From Callorhinchus milii (Eukaryota), in contig NW_024704743.1 in assembly GCF_018977255.1 (NCBI RefSeq), positions 75,146,001-75,210,000 of the forward strand: a stretch of DNA of 64,000 nt. Direction: 5' to 3'. The translations under genes and the position numbers were made by a program. Below, piece by piece: positions 26,640 through 39,985 of this stretch (position 1 is its first letter; each line of letters starts with the position of its first letter). The notes under the pieces are model-generated. The model was given only the letters and a program-made list of their open reading frames with translations, was not told where the DNA came from and did no database searches.

Positions 26640-27480
26640 ATTGTATTTCAGGAACTGAACATTAATTTTCTTCACACAAAGAAGGCATAGAGTTGCCACT
26701 TTTCAGGTAACGGTGAGGTCGTGGCTCAGGACTTGAGAATGGAAAAGCACATTGCTGTAAATTACTGACCAGCAGAGATTAATATGTTTTTGATCTGCAA
26801 GAATGGCAATCAGTGTCTGGAGGAGAATTGTCTTCTAGTGGCCCAGCAAGTGACAGGCTGGAAAGGAGAAGGCAGATCACGGCCAGGCTCTATAGCACTC
26901 ATGCCTCTTCTGCTGAATGCTACAAGATCAGCCACGATCTGATAAAATGGCAGAACAAGCTCGATGGGCTGATTGGCCTCGTCCCATGTTCCTCAGAAGG
27001 TAAATAAGAAACAACAAGGAGATGACAAAGCCATGTGGATGGTGCAGAATGATTTTGGTGGAACAGAAGGGAAATGTGTTATTTTAGAAATGTACTGTAT
27101 TTGCAAAATCTATCAGAGCAGCAAGAACACCCCAGAGTCATCAAACACAAAAATAATCTGTTTCTGTTCAATATCACAAGGCTGTGCAGTGACAGGAGGA
27201 ATTATTCGCTGGATGCCTTGATCCTGTTATTTCAAAAATCAGTCTGTTGAGGTGCAAAAATCCCCCAGATAAAACTGCTCACTCACTTCACGGCTGTTTT
27301 TTGGGACATTGCTGTGCATGAATTGGCTGCTGCGTTCACTTATACGTACAGTCACTACACTGTAGGGAAACAATTCTGTGAAGTGCTTTGAGATGTTTGG
27401 ACATGATCCTTACATTCAATGTGGCTTATTATTATTGTATTTCAGGAACTGAACATTAATTTTCTTCACACAAAGAAGGC
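26640..27480 (+). repeat. Perfect 47-bp direct repeat pair (26640-26686 and 27434-27480)
   Basis: ATTGTATTTCAGGAACTGAACATTAATTTTCTTCACACAAAGAAGGC occurs twice. Confidence 0.95.
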
Positions 27481-28049
27481 TTACATTTAATTCATTCCTG
27501 TTACAATGATCAGCTTTTGAGTCATATTGTTTCCAGCTAGTTTTATGGCCTCACTTGCATTGTTACCATTTAGATGATATGGGGAGTAGGTCCAGCCTCC
27601 CGTCCTTACACATAGTACCATTTAAAGAAGGTGGAAAACTTATGTTCAGGACGTGCTTGAGTGAGTGTAGATGTAGATCAAATAAATCCTCCAGATTTCT
27701 AATGGTCGTCACAAAACTCCCAATGGTGTGGGAAGGGATTTGTAGCTGTTTGTTGTCTTTCTAAAGTATTTAAGATGTCGTTTTGATCAAGTTGATCCAT
27801 TGCAGCTTTGATTTATTGAGTCTTAATCCTATTGATGGTTTTGGTCTAATCTGTTTCATCTGCTCATGTGCTGTATGAAATATCCTGCCTCTGAGACATA
27901 CATTATTATTATTATTGTTGTTAACAATAATCATCCTTGTATTTTATATAGTGCCTTTCATGTCAAGAGAATAGCTTCACAAGATATACAATAAAGTGTA
28001 GTGACTAGGTTTTGTAGATGAAGCCGGCAGCTAATTTGCACACAGCAAT

Positions 28050-28821
28050 AAAAATAATAATCCTTGTATTTGGTATAGTGCCTTTCACATTATCAAGATA
28101 TCTCAAAGCACTTCACAGGATTTTACTGGGCTGTGTAGTGACTGTGTATTTGTAGACGAACGTCGACACCAATTTGCACAAATCAATGTCTCACAAACCG
28201 CCATGAAATGAATGACCAATTTTATTTGGGGGATTGTTGACCCAAACTCTAGGAGAAACTCTTCTTTTTTAATGGAATTTTTAAATTTTTAATTCAATTT
28301 TTTAATTTCCAGCTAGACATGTGGTTGGGGCCTCGGTTTAATGTCTCATCTGAAGGACGACATCTCCAGCAATGCAGTTCTCCCAGCACTATATTGGAAT
28401 GTCAGCCTAGACTACGAGTTCAAAGACTCAACAGAGGGCTTCAACCTACAACCTTCAACGTGGAGTCCTGTAGCTCAGTGGTTAGAGCACTCGCTTTGCA
28501 AGTGAGAGTCCTGAGTTCAATTCCAGGCAGAGGGCGAAACCTTGGGCAAGTTTCCTTACTCCACACGCCTAATAATAATCCCTCCAAAAACAATAATAAA
28601 TTGGTCATTTTCAATCTACGACTGTTTGTGGGACATTGCTGTGCGCAATTGGCTGCCGCGTTCGCCCACAAATATACAGTCAATTCACTTTACAGTGTGT
28701 TCTGTGAAGCGCTTTGGGACGTCCTCCCGACGTGAAAAGCGCTATATCAAATGCAAGGATTATTATTATTATTATTATTATGATTCAGAGGCATGAAGGA
28801 TCCCAACTATAGCAGGCTGAC
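28050..28821 (-). mobile_element. Old Deu-domain SINE whose head is split by a young SINE
   Basis: ...CCTACAACCTTC ends at 28456 and resumes as TGATTCAGAGGC...CAGGCTGA at 28781-28821. Confidence 0.8.
28460..28781 (+). mobile_element. Young tRNA-Ala-derived SINE
   Basis: Full head, body and (TTA)n tail. Confidence 0.95.
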
Positions 28822-29384
28822 ATTAAATATTGAAATACTTGATGCCAAGTTACAGTAAGTGTGAAACTCAATAAGGGCTGGACATTTAGTGTAAACCTAT
28901 AATGACTCTGACTGTAATTCAAAGGTTGGTATTCAGTTCAATTCAATTGTATTGGAATCTCCCTTGAGAAAGGGAAGCTGAAGGAAATTGTTTTGAACTC
29001 TTCAGACTAAAATTTCTGAAAGGTTTTATGTGTTTTGGATTATAAACCTCTGTAGGCAAAGGGTCACATCTGTATTTCTAATGTTGCTAGCTCAGGATCA
29101 GCAAGCGTAGAGTAGCAATGCTCTGATCGCAATGTCATGACTGCAATCACAAGATTGTATTCTCTACCATTGGCGTTGCTGGAAGTATAGAAACATAGAA
29201 ACAGGAGTAGACTATTCAACCCCTCGAGCCTGTTCTGCCATTTTATAAGATCATGGCTGATCTGTACCTCAAGTCCAGTTACCTGCCCTTGCCCCACATC
29301 CCTTAATACCCTGCTCCAACAGGATATCCTCAATATGGAGTAATCGGTGTAAATGACATATCACAGCAGGAGAAAAGAATACCT

Positions 29385-29525
29385 CAGGAGTATGTCTCCT
29401 GCAGGGAGCTTCATATATATCATGCTGACACAGGGAAATATCCACGTGTAGGAGGAACTTTCAGTGATATACGTGGAACTTTCAGTCTGGTTTGGATATT
29501 CTGAAGCATGGTGATGAGTTCACAT
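29385..29525 (+). mobile_element. Family X copy E, decayed
   Basis: ACACAGGGAAATATCCACGTG...TCAGTCTGGTTTGGATATTCTGAAGCATGGTGATGAGTT. Confidence 0.65.
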
Positions 29526-29527
29526 AT

Positions 29528-30692
29528 ATAGGAACATAGGAATTAGGAGCAGGAGTAAGCTATTTGGGCCCTCAAGCCTGCCCCAGCATTCAATAAGATC
29601 ATGGCTGATCTTCTAACCTAACTCCATCTGGCCGTCTTATCCCCATATCCTTTAATCCCTCTATCCTTTAGAAATCTATCAATCTCATCTTGAATATGTT
29701 CAAGAATTGAGCATCTACAGCCTTCTGGGGTAGAGAATTCCATAAATTCACTACCCTCTGAGTGAAGAAGTGTTTCCTCAACTCTGTTTGAAAGGGCTAT
29801 CCCTTAATCTTAAGACTGTGACCCCTAGTTATAGATTTTTCTACCAGGGGAAATAGTCTCACACTGTCTACTCTGTCAAGCCCCATAAGAATCTTATAAT
29901 GTTTCTATAAGATCACCCCTAATTCTTCTATATTCTAGAGAATATAGGCCTAGTTTACTCAACCTATCCTCATAGGTCAATCCACTCATCCCAGGAACTA
30001 ACCTAGTGAACCTACGCTGCACCCCCTCTAAGGTGAATATGTCCTTTCTTAAATAAGGAGACCAAAACTGCACACAATATTCTAGGTGCTGTCTCACCAG
30101 GGCCCTATACAGTTGCAGCAAGACTTCCCCACTCTTATATTCTAACTCTTTTGCAATAAATGTCAACATGCCATTAGCCTTACTAGTTGCTTGCTGTACC
30201 TGCATACTAACTTTTTGTGACTGGTGTACAAGGACACCTAAATCCCTCTGAACACTGACACTATCTAGTCTCTCCCCTTCTAAAAAATAATCTGCTTTTC
30301 TGTTTTTACTACCTAGGTGAATAACTTCACACTTCCCCACGTTATACTCCATCTGCCACCTTCTTGCCCACTCCCCTAGCCTATCTATATCCCTTTGCAA
30401 TCTTTTTGTGTTATCCTCAGAGCTTACTCTCCCACCTAGCTTAGTTTCATCCGTGAATTTAGATATTTTAAGTTCTATGTCCTCATCTAGATCATTGATA
30501 TAGATTGTAAATAGCTGAGGCTCAAGCACTGATCCTTGTGGCATTTCACGAGTCACATCCTGCCAATCTGAGAAGGGCCCGTTTATCCCTACTCTCTGTT
30601 TTGTTCCTGTTAGCCATTGTTCGATCCATGCTAATATATTGCCTTTAATTCCATGTGCCCTAATCCTGCGTAGCAGCCTTTTATGTGGCACC
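29528..30692 (-). mobile_element. 5'-truncated CR1 LINE with an RT C-terminal ORF
   Basis: ORF 29894-30751 reads VPHKRLL...PQGSVLEPQLFTIYINDL...ISKFTDETKLGG (decayed FADD)...LYRALVRQHLEYCVQFWSP. Tail is TTCCTATG-type. Confidence 0.96.
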
Positions 30693-31379
30693 CAGGGATA
30701 TTTGACACCTGGCTGATAAAATAACAACAACAACTTGCATTTATATAACACCCTTCACACCGGACGGTGTCTCGGAGCGCTTATGAATAAAACAAAAGGA
30801 TTCCATGCTGTCTAGCAAGATCTCAGCTCTGGCATCATCTCTGGTCGAAACCGAGTTCTAGCGAGTCAATATAAATTACAATGGACACCTTACAAAGGTC
30901 ACACTCTATTGACCTGAAGTGCTATTCCCAAATGAGTCATGTTGCTGAGTTGGGTGCTTTTTCATCTCCATTACTTGTCAAAAGCACTTCATTCATTTTG
31001 ACTTTTTTTTCAAAAACTTTTTTTCCCCCATTTCTATTTTGACATTGTCATTTTTTTCTTACTCTTTGTTCCTTAGCTTGATGTTTGTTCAATTTGGCTA
31101 TAACCATACTTTACTTTGTTTAATATTTTCAATCCATCTCTCCTCTGCAGCCAAAGGGCTGAGATGACAGTCTACTCCCACACCTTTAGTCAACGCATAC
31201 ATGTACGTGTGTGCACGTGTACGTGTGTGTGCAACCCATGGTGAGTCATCATTTAATTTTTCCTCCTACCTTCTAATAAAGTGCCTACACTCTGTTCTGT
31301 GCCACCCCCAATGTCAAGTACTTGTATTCATTAAATCATGGCCCAAGTCATGAGCTATCATTATCTCCTTGTAACATGG

Positions 31380-31580
31380 TGTCCTGACACTTTCGCATCT
31401 CTCTGAAGAAGCTGAGGAGAGGGGGTAAGCTGAGGGGAGTTGGGAATAAGCTGAGGGGGTGGGGAAAATGACTAAATGCTTGGTTAAAGAGATAGATCTT
31501 AAGGCGGGCTTTAAGAGTGGGGAGGGAGGAGGACTTTGGGGTGGAGTTCCAGAGAGTGGGGCACAATGGCTGAACAAGCA
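31380..31580 (-). mobile_element. L2 3' fragment
   Basis: Minus ORF contains PTLWNS...LKARLKIYLFNQAF. Confidence 0.75.
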
Positions 31581-32504
31581 TCCAGAGATGACTGTTAAAT
31601 CTGCTTTACCTGAGCTGTAATAATGAGATTGAACAGGTGAAAACATATATATGTTCAGGAGGCATGGATACCAGAGAGAAATGGTGATAACATAAATTTC
31701 CCCATGGCCTCTCACAACAAGGCTCTATTGTCACTGGCCTGGTGCAATTACTGATATCCACATATTTCTGCACACATTTGTCTTTACACACAAAGCAGTA
31801 TGCATCTTACATTTCTCCCCTCAATTTCCAGCTTCTTGTTGAGTAATATTATTAAAGCCATAATGTGGTAAACCGAATAGGGCTTTAATATGTCTACACG
31901 AAGCAAAGGGAAGCAACATAATAAGCATGATAAGAGGTTAAATGGACAATGCTGTTGCTGCAATGAATAATATCAAAGATGATAAACATAAAACCAGCTT
32001 GTGTCGATCTCCAACCAACAAAGACACAAATGTATTGGCCCAGGTTTTCTAAAATGTTCTTAAAAATTCCGCAAAGTATTGGCAGGGTAAAAATAATCTG
32101 ATAACACTAAATGGCTTTGTTCAGCAGCTGTCATCAATGCAATAAAACCGAGATACAGAGTTGCAACGCACTTTGCCTGAAATGTCATAACTAAGAAGAT
32201 TTACTAGTCAAGTTTGATGCTAACCTGTATGGAAATCCCAATGAAGCAAAACCAACACCAAAAGTGTCAGCTCCAGAAACAAACTGTGAAGTGAACTTGT
32301 AAATTGAAGTGATCAAACTATATGATACTACATTTGGTCATAACCAGCTGTGTCACATCTTGCTTGGTTTCAGGATTTTGAATATGTACGTCAAAGATCC
32401 CATGAAAGGCGCGATACAAATGTAATTTGTTGTTGTTGATCCTNGTTAAAAAAAAGGAGTTTCTCCATTGTCCAGCCGAAAATCACTCATATTGGTCATT
32501 CACT

Positions 32505-32850
32505 GAAGAACGTCTCAAAGTGCTACACAGGATTTACTGTAAAATGGATTGGCTGTATATTTGTTGGCAAATGTGACAGCCAATTGCACACAGCAATGTC
32601 CCACAAGCAGCCATGAAACAACTGACCAATTTTATTTGAGGGATTGTTGACCAGGACACGGGGAGCAACAGGACAATTCGAAAACCCTTCTCTTCTCGAA
32701 TAGTGCCATGGGATCTTTAACATTCACCTGAACAGGCAGATGGAATCTCAGTTTAATGTCTCATCCGAAGGACGGCACCTCCAACAATGAAGCACACCTC
32801 CAGCACTGCATTGGAGTATCAACTTAGACTATAGGAGTTCAAGTGGGTCT
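32505..32850 (-). mobile_element. Old Deu-domain SINE
   Basis: GTGCCATGGGATCTTTAAC...CTCATCCGAAGGACGGCACCTCC. Confidence 0.85.
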
Positions 32851-35214
32851 CTGGAATGTATGACACAACTGATCCTGTATGGGATGATCAGTGCAGCACA
32901 CAGCAACCAGAAACATCAGATTATAAAATATCACAGTACGAAAACTTATTTTAATAATTCTGCTCCCTGAATCTGTCTGAAACCCCAAATTCCTGGTTCG
33001 GCTCATTTTAGTGAAAAAAAGATCAAACAACAAGATCAATGTGAATACATCAAAGCCTGGGATCTTAAAGGGAAAAGTCAATCCTGATCTGTTTTTCTCA
33101 AGCGTCAATGTGAAATTGCAAAGGGAATTCATCTTCAGAGCACTCAGATTTAAAGAAAGAACTGTTCTAAACCTTCCAGGTCTCTGTATTAAGAAACTCC
33201 GAGAATAAGATCTCTCAGGGATTTAAAACTAGGACGGTATCATTGTGGAACAGTACAATGTCTCTGTGATCTGAGTAGTGCTTTTTAATAATAGTCCCAC
33301 AAAATACACAGCCACCACACTTGACAATATATTGTGTGAAGCGCTTTGAAATGCTTCGAATACGTGATAAAGCACTCTATCAAATGCAAGGATTATTACT
33401 ATTATATTCTGTGAAGTGCTTTGAGTTGTCTCAACTATGTGATAAGGTGCTATATAAAATGCAAGGATTCTAATTATTATTATTAATCCCGTAATATAGT
33501 GGTTAGCTAATTGTTGGTTTGGATATCGTTCTGGCTCATTTAGTATCACTCCCGCCTCTGAGTCAGAACGTTGACAATATGGATGCATCTATCACATAAA
33601 AGTTGTCCTGAAGTTTTTAATATAGAAATAAGCAAATTATATTTAACAGTACAGCAATGTCCCACAAACAGTCATGAAGTGAATGACCAATTTTGTTTTT
33701 TATTTTGGAGGGATTGTTGATTGTTGACACTGGGAGAAACTCCCTTCTCTTTCCAAATAATGCCATGTCTTTAACGTCCATCTGACCAGGCAGACGGGGC
33801 TGGCTGGAAACTGTGCTATAAATTATTACATCTTGTAAGAATCCATCAGATTTATTTTATTAATCGTTCCTATTACAGACATCCAGGTACTCAGTGATTG
33901 AACGTGGCACTCCAAGGGAGATGGAGAACAGGCAGCAGCACAATGTGTTCTCAACCCCAACCTAAGGAGAATGTCCTCGGTGGACCACTGATAAGCTGAA
34001 AATTGTGGTTTCTGATGTTCTAATTAACACTAATGACATCTTAAAATAGATAAACATAGACATTCCATTCCACTGATGCATCCTATTACGCTGCTGGTCA
34101 CCTGTAAAACCCCTTCCACCACAAATCTATCGTCTTCAACAGGGCTATTTTATTGAGACGTTCATTTTACTATCACCAATAAAAGTTGCAACTGCAGTAA
34201 AATACCAGCACCTTATAAACAAATACTTTACTGCCGGCATTTAATGAAAATGTCCTGCCAATATAGATTCTAAAAAAAGGTTGTTATCAAGGACTGGTAT
34301 GTGACCCTTGATAATAAGTAACCTTGCTACTGAATCCTGTTATTGTACTGTACTTCCATATGGTATCAAGTGCAAGAATTATTATTATCATTGATCAGCT
34401 GTGTTATACCCAATGGATATGAGTGTCTTACAGTAAGGGTCCATCATATCAGTTGTAATTAAACTACTGCAATAAAAGTCAAGCAATAGTCTCTGACCTT
34501 CTCCTTTTGAAATTGATGGCTGAAGGGAAATATCAACATCAACAATAAAATGACATTTATAGAGCGCCTTTCGCATCGGGAGGACGTCCCAAAGCGCTGA
34601 AATATCACTCAGAATTGCAGGTGGGTTTGAAGCTCTGTAAGCCTGTGTGATTTATATTCATTTTTGGCCAGCTTCACTGTTCTCCAGATGTCCTGTAAAA
34701 CCAATGAATATTCTCCAGGTGCTGAGAACGTAATCTGAGTGCAAGTTTGAGTGACCCGAGTGTGTTTGTCTGTCCAGAGAACTTTACTCCATGAAAAAGG
34801 AGTTCCGGCTATTATCTATACAGTAGTTCAGACCTTCTTCTAGGGAGAGAAGCGGGTGCAAACATAATGCAGTTACATTTTTTGGGACATGCAAAACATG
34901 GGATTTGACTGTTTGACTGTGTAATGTAAACGCAAGTAGCCAGAGTTTCCACTGATTATACATTTTAAGTGGCAGGTTATTGCTGGACGTCATGTCATTC
35001 AATGTTTTGAATTGATATATTCATGGAATTCAGAGGAAAATTCATCAAGTGTAAAGGCAGTGGTGATTGGTTAGTTACACATGAAATATCAAGCACCTCT
35101 GAATTTCAAACACAATGAACTCTTTACTGCAAATGACCAGGTGGAATGTGACCATGACAACTCCCATCAGCGCAACACTGTTTTCACTTCATGGCTTTCT
35201 TGCAAGGGGAGTGA

Positions 35215-35490
35215 TTAACTTCCTCAAACCGTATCAGCCCGGCTGCTCCCTTAGCTCGCCTGGCACCTGCTTCATGTCCCACCCACCAGCCCCACCATCA
35301 GTCCCACCATCAACGGTCGGGCTTTCAGCCTACCTGCACCCACTATCTGAAACTCTATTCCAGAATCCCTCAGACTCGTCCCCTCCCTCACCTCTTTCAA
35401 GACTTCTTTTTTGACTGCTTCATCTGTCATCTTTCCACTCTCCACTCCCCTCGGCCCCTACTATCAGCTTGGATGCCAAGCCCCAAGACC
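35215..35490 (+). mobile_element. L2 3' fragment
   Basis: CCCACCATCAACGGTCGGGCTTTCAGC is homologous to 49262-49290. Confidence 0.7.
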
Positions 35491-36950
35491 GTCATAATAA
35501 TATTATATTATAATCCTTGCATTTGACATAGCACCTAATTACATCTTTTAGATGTCTCAAAGTGCTTCACAGAATATACAGCCAATTGCACACAGCAGTG
35601 TCCCACACACAGTCGTGGATTGAGTGACCAAAGTATTATTATTTGCACCATTGGGACATCCTCCTGACATGAAAGGTGCAACATAAATGTAAATTTGCAT
35701 TCTATTGTATGAAGGACATGTAAACGTATACCCGCACACAAATATATGTACACTATACTTACACAGATATATACACACACAATCCCCATTTCAACACTTC
35801 TCTAGTCACAAATAACACAAATGTACAATCAATCCACTTTACAGTATTCTGTGAAGCGCTTTGAGCATCTCAACAATGTGATAAGACGTTATATCATATG
35901 CAAGGATTATTATTAACCCACACCCACACACACACACATTCGAGTGTCCCTTGGTGTTAATCCTCAGAAACAAGAAAATGACCATATCTTAAAAGAAAAT
36001 CTGGCAACGAGGATAAAACAGAGGAGATAAAAAAGGAGCACTGACCTACTCAAGAGAATTGAGGCTTTAGAAAAGATGTGACAGGCGTGTGGGTAAGGGA
36101 GATACAGGGTAACAAGGGGCAGGTATGTGTGTGGCACTTTATCAGGGCTCGTAACAGCATTTGCGTCAATGCAGACATTACATGTCCAACAACAAAAATT
36201 ACAACCTTCAAATTCTTTCAGAACAAATGAGTCAAAGCCTATTTGTCACTGGGTTTGAAGTCAAGAGCCCATGACCTTTTATTCAGTTGACTAGAGGTCC
36301 TTTTAGCATTGTTTGCATGATTCAACTCACTCTATTCCATGCCTGCTTACCTCTTTACAATTCACTGTGCGTGGCTTGCCACAAGCATTCAAAGAAGAGT
36401 ATCTCTGAACACAGCAGGCATACAATTTATGTGGTTTGAATTAGTCCATTGATATGTCTTACTTTTTCAACATTACCTTAAACCATTCAAGTGGAAATTG
36501 GCATTAAACATGTTTGAGTCATTTAACCTTCTATAGCAAAATGACACAAGCCCTACGTAGAAAACATTCTAATTTTTAGAAAATGAATTCAATTTATGCG
36601 TGAACCTGAATCAGTTAGCAGCCCTCGTACCTTTGTGATAGAGGTTGTGGGTTAGTGCTTTGAACTCATATAGCAGGGGTGGCCAACAGCAAAATATATG
36701 TTTCTTGATTGAATATTTCTTGATTTGTGCCAGTGCTGCAACACAATAAACGTTTAGTGATCGAATATTCCTCGATTTATGGCATGAATTAATTATTTTT
36801 ATTTTACTATAATTTTGCCCAGTCAATACACAGTCAATTCACTTTACAGTATATTCTGTGAAGCGCTTTGAGACTTCTTGAAGACCTGAAAAGCGCTATA
36901 TCAAATGTAAGGATTATTTAATTATTATTATTATTTCTATGATTATTTTG

Positions 36951-36982
<32 letters not shown>

Positions 36983-37417
36983 TTGTTATTTTGGCCAACC
37001 AACAAAAGACAGACAGGGTCTTGAACACCAACCCTAGAGCACCAGATCTCAGGTGGGTGGACTCCAACGATGAGTATTTGAGGGAGGTGGGGTGATGGGT
37101 TGTCACCTTCTCCAAATCTACACATTTTTGTCTGAACATACAGGCAAATATTTTTAAAGCTAGTTCACCGTGCCACACCCCTCCTTTGAACATGTGTTTA
37201 CATCAATTTATTTTATCTTTCCGTCTCTCCTGAAGAAAGTACAAATTTGGCATCCTTCATTCTCTTTTTAAGAGACCCAGAAAAGAGAGTGAGCGAGAGA
37301 GATATCACAACCCTGTGTACAACACAAATTGTTATAGAATTTCCTAGTTCATCAATGACAATGGATTGTAGGTGCCACATGGAGGGATTTTATTTCTTAC
37401 TCGTCAGGCGATCAGAT

Positions 37418-37828
37418 ATAATTATTGCATTTGATATGGTGCCTTATCACATCAAACCATCTCAAACCACTTCACAGAGGTTTCTGGGAAGTGTAGTTAT
37501 TGTATATCTGTAGGCAAAAGCAACAGCTAATTTGCACACAGCAGTGTCCTGCAAACAGCCATGATGTATGTGATTGGCCAATTTAACTGGAGGATTGTTG
37601 GCCAAAACACTGGGAGAAACTCTCACTGAGACACGAGGAAAAGAATCCACCTGAACAGGCAGAAGGGACCTTGGTTTAACATTTCATTCAGAGAACACCA
37701 CCTCCACAATGCACTGTTCCCCCAGCACTGCACTGGAACGTCATTCTCTTCTGCGAACTAAACGTCCCGACATGGATCTTGAACCTATAACCTTCTGACT
37801 CAGAAGCAAAAATGCCACCGGCTGAACC
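37418..37828 (-). mobile_element. Old Deu-domain SINE
   Basis: Tail, common body, Deu domain and head (ACCTTCTGACTCAGAAGC) in reverse orientation. Confidence 0.82.
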
Positions 37829-39985
37829 AATGTGTGGTTTGTGATGCCTGACATCTTCCCTCTCTAAACAATTGTTTAAACCTTAGTTTACAGTAAAGGT
37901 GAGTTTGTGGTGCATTAGCTATTAAGATATTTAACCGAGAGTTGCTTGTGTAAGGTGAATAACTTGTAAACAAGTAAGCACGCTGAAGTATTCTCCAAGC
38001 AGTGCAGCTCCCCACTTTTTATAGTGGACAGCAGTCGAAAGTAGAGCATGGCACAAGGACAGGAGGAAACAGAAGAATATAAAGTCTCCAGCTGGGTCGG
38101 ATGGAAAAGATTAGCTCTGATTCTGTCCAACTAAACATGCCTGACACTGTGGCTGGAAGGCAGAGTAATAGCATGGAGAATGGGCTTCAAAAATTCAATG
38201 CATATTTCAGTTGCTTATTTTTACTGTAGCAAATATTAAAAAACACTTTCTGAAATCACTTCTTTAAATGGCATAAGTTTGTAACTACCAGCATAAAGCT
38301 TTCTATTTTAAGCAACATTAAGAAACAACTTCCTTTATTTAATGTTTTTGTAGTCTACTTAAATAATTGAACATGCTTTTATTTCATAAGAACTTGCTGC
38401 GGTTCCAATAAATACACTAGCTGTGCTGGAAGGACTATTCTGCTGAGCTATTGCTGGGAATTCATTCATAAATAATGGTTTAAAAGCCTTTTTAATATTG
38501 AAAATAGCCAGCGGGTTAAATCAATGATACTGAAATAAATCCATGCCCTAAGTAGGACACTGGCTGTCAGAGCAAGATGTCCATTCAATCCCACTGTCCT
38601 GCCCTATCCCCATACTCCTTCAAGCCTCTTTCCTTCATTTGTTATCAGCAATCATACAACACAATTAAATACAAGAGTGACATTGGCTGCATTACATAAC
38701 CTGCTCAATGTGATACATATATCAAATGAGCTATATCAAATGAAATATATCATATGAAACATTGTGAATTTCATCCCGTAGGTTCAATATGGTACCTAGT
38801 TGTGAAACATTGTTAATTCAGAATTTGATCTCAGCGCCTTGGGACGACCTCCCGACATGAAAGGCGCTAATACAAATGTAATTTTGTTGTTGTTGCTCAT
38901 TACTCTAGGTTCAGACCCGAGTGCAACACATGAAGATATTTACACAGTCACTAAACTTTACAGTAAATCCTGTGAAGTGCTTTGAGATATCTACAACGTG
39001 ATAAAGCGCTATATCAAATGTAAAGATTTTTACAGTATTATTATAATTTCACCCTATAGGTTCAATATGGTATCCGATTAGGAAACTTTGCAAATTTCAT
39101 TCCATAAGTTCCATAAGTTCACCTTCTTCCTATTCATCAATATTTGCCACAAGACACGATTCACTCATCACATGTTAACTTCACGTGTATGCAGAAATAT
39201 GCCCTTTCCAATTACTGAATTTGTCACGCTCGGCTTCTCTGCAATTTCCATTTCACACTATTTGTGGGTGCAGCGATCTTACAAAGATGTGGCGATTGGG
39301 AATCTAGTATTACAGCTACATGTTAGAGAATAAGTATCTGCTACATGCTTTTAGGATTTGCTGGTCAAAGAAACATTTGTTTGTCAAAATCCGAGGCTTT
39401 CGGCTACAAATACACCGTTATTACACTTTACAGTAAATCCTATGAAGTGCTTTGAGCCACCTTCCCATGAAGGGTGCTATATCATACTCAAGGATTATTA
39501 TTACTATTTTATTATTATAATAGCACTAATAACAATTCTTGAATTTGATATAGCGCCTCATCATGATTTCAAGACATCTCAAAGCGCTTCACAGAATATA
39601 CTGTAAAGTGTATTGTGGAAGAAGGGCATATTTTTCCATACACATGAAGCCAACACGGGATGAGTGAATCATATCTTGTGGCAAATATTGATGGATGGGA
39701 AGAAGGTGCATACTGAACTTTATATTTTGTGGGCGAAACACGGCAGCCAATACTACTAACTACGATACAATGAGTGTGGATGCTCACGTTGCAGTTTATA
39801 GTTTAAGGAAAGCAACGTTATATTTGATATAGTGCCTTATCACACTGTTGATACCTCAAAGCGCTTTTATTCTGCTTGCTATTTTCTTTGTCCAACCCCT
39901 TCAAACACAGTCTAGCCTCTGTGACAGTTGTTACCAGCCTCTCTCCTGGGGTGTATGAATTTCCCGCTCTCGATTTGTAACACCC

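Noticed and set aside
28319..28796. Recurrent short ORFs (MGKFPYSTRL..., ...KCKDYYYY) resembling a gene family
   Set aside because: They are translations of SINE copies, and the poly-Tyr/Ile runs come from the tail.
29894..30751. 285-aa RT-like CDS
   Set aside because: It is a 5'-truncated CR1 with a decayed catalytic motif (FTDE), and its start lies in flanking DNA.
32444..32444. Junction of L2 and SINE fragments around a single N
   Set aside because: An ambiguous base or possible assembly join makes the adjacency unreliable.
33011..33208. Exon-like ORF after TTTTAG
   Set aside because: ILKGKVNPDLFF resembles a decayed CR1 C-terminus.
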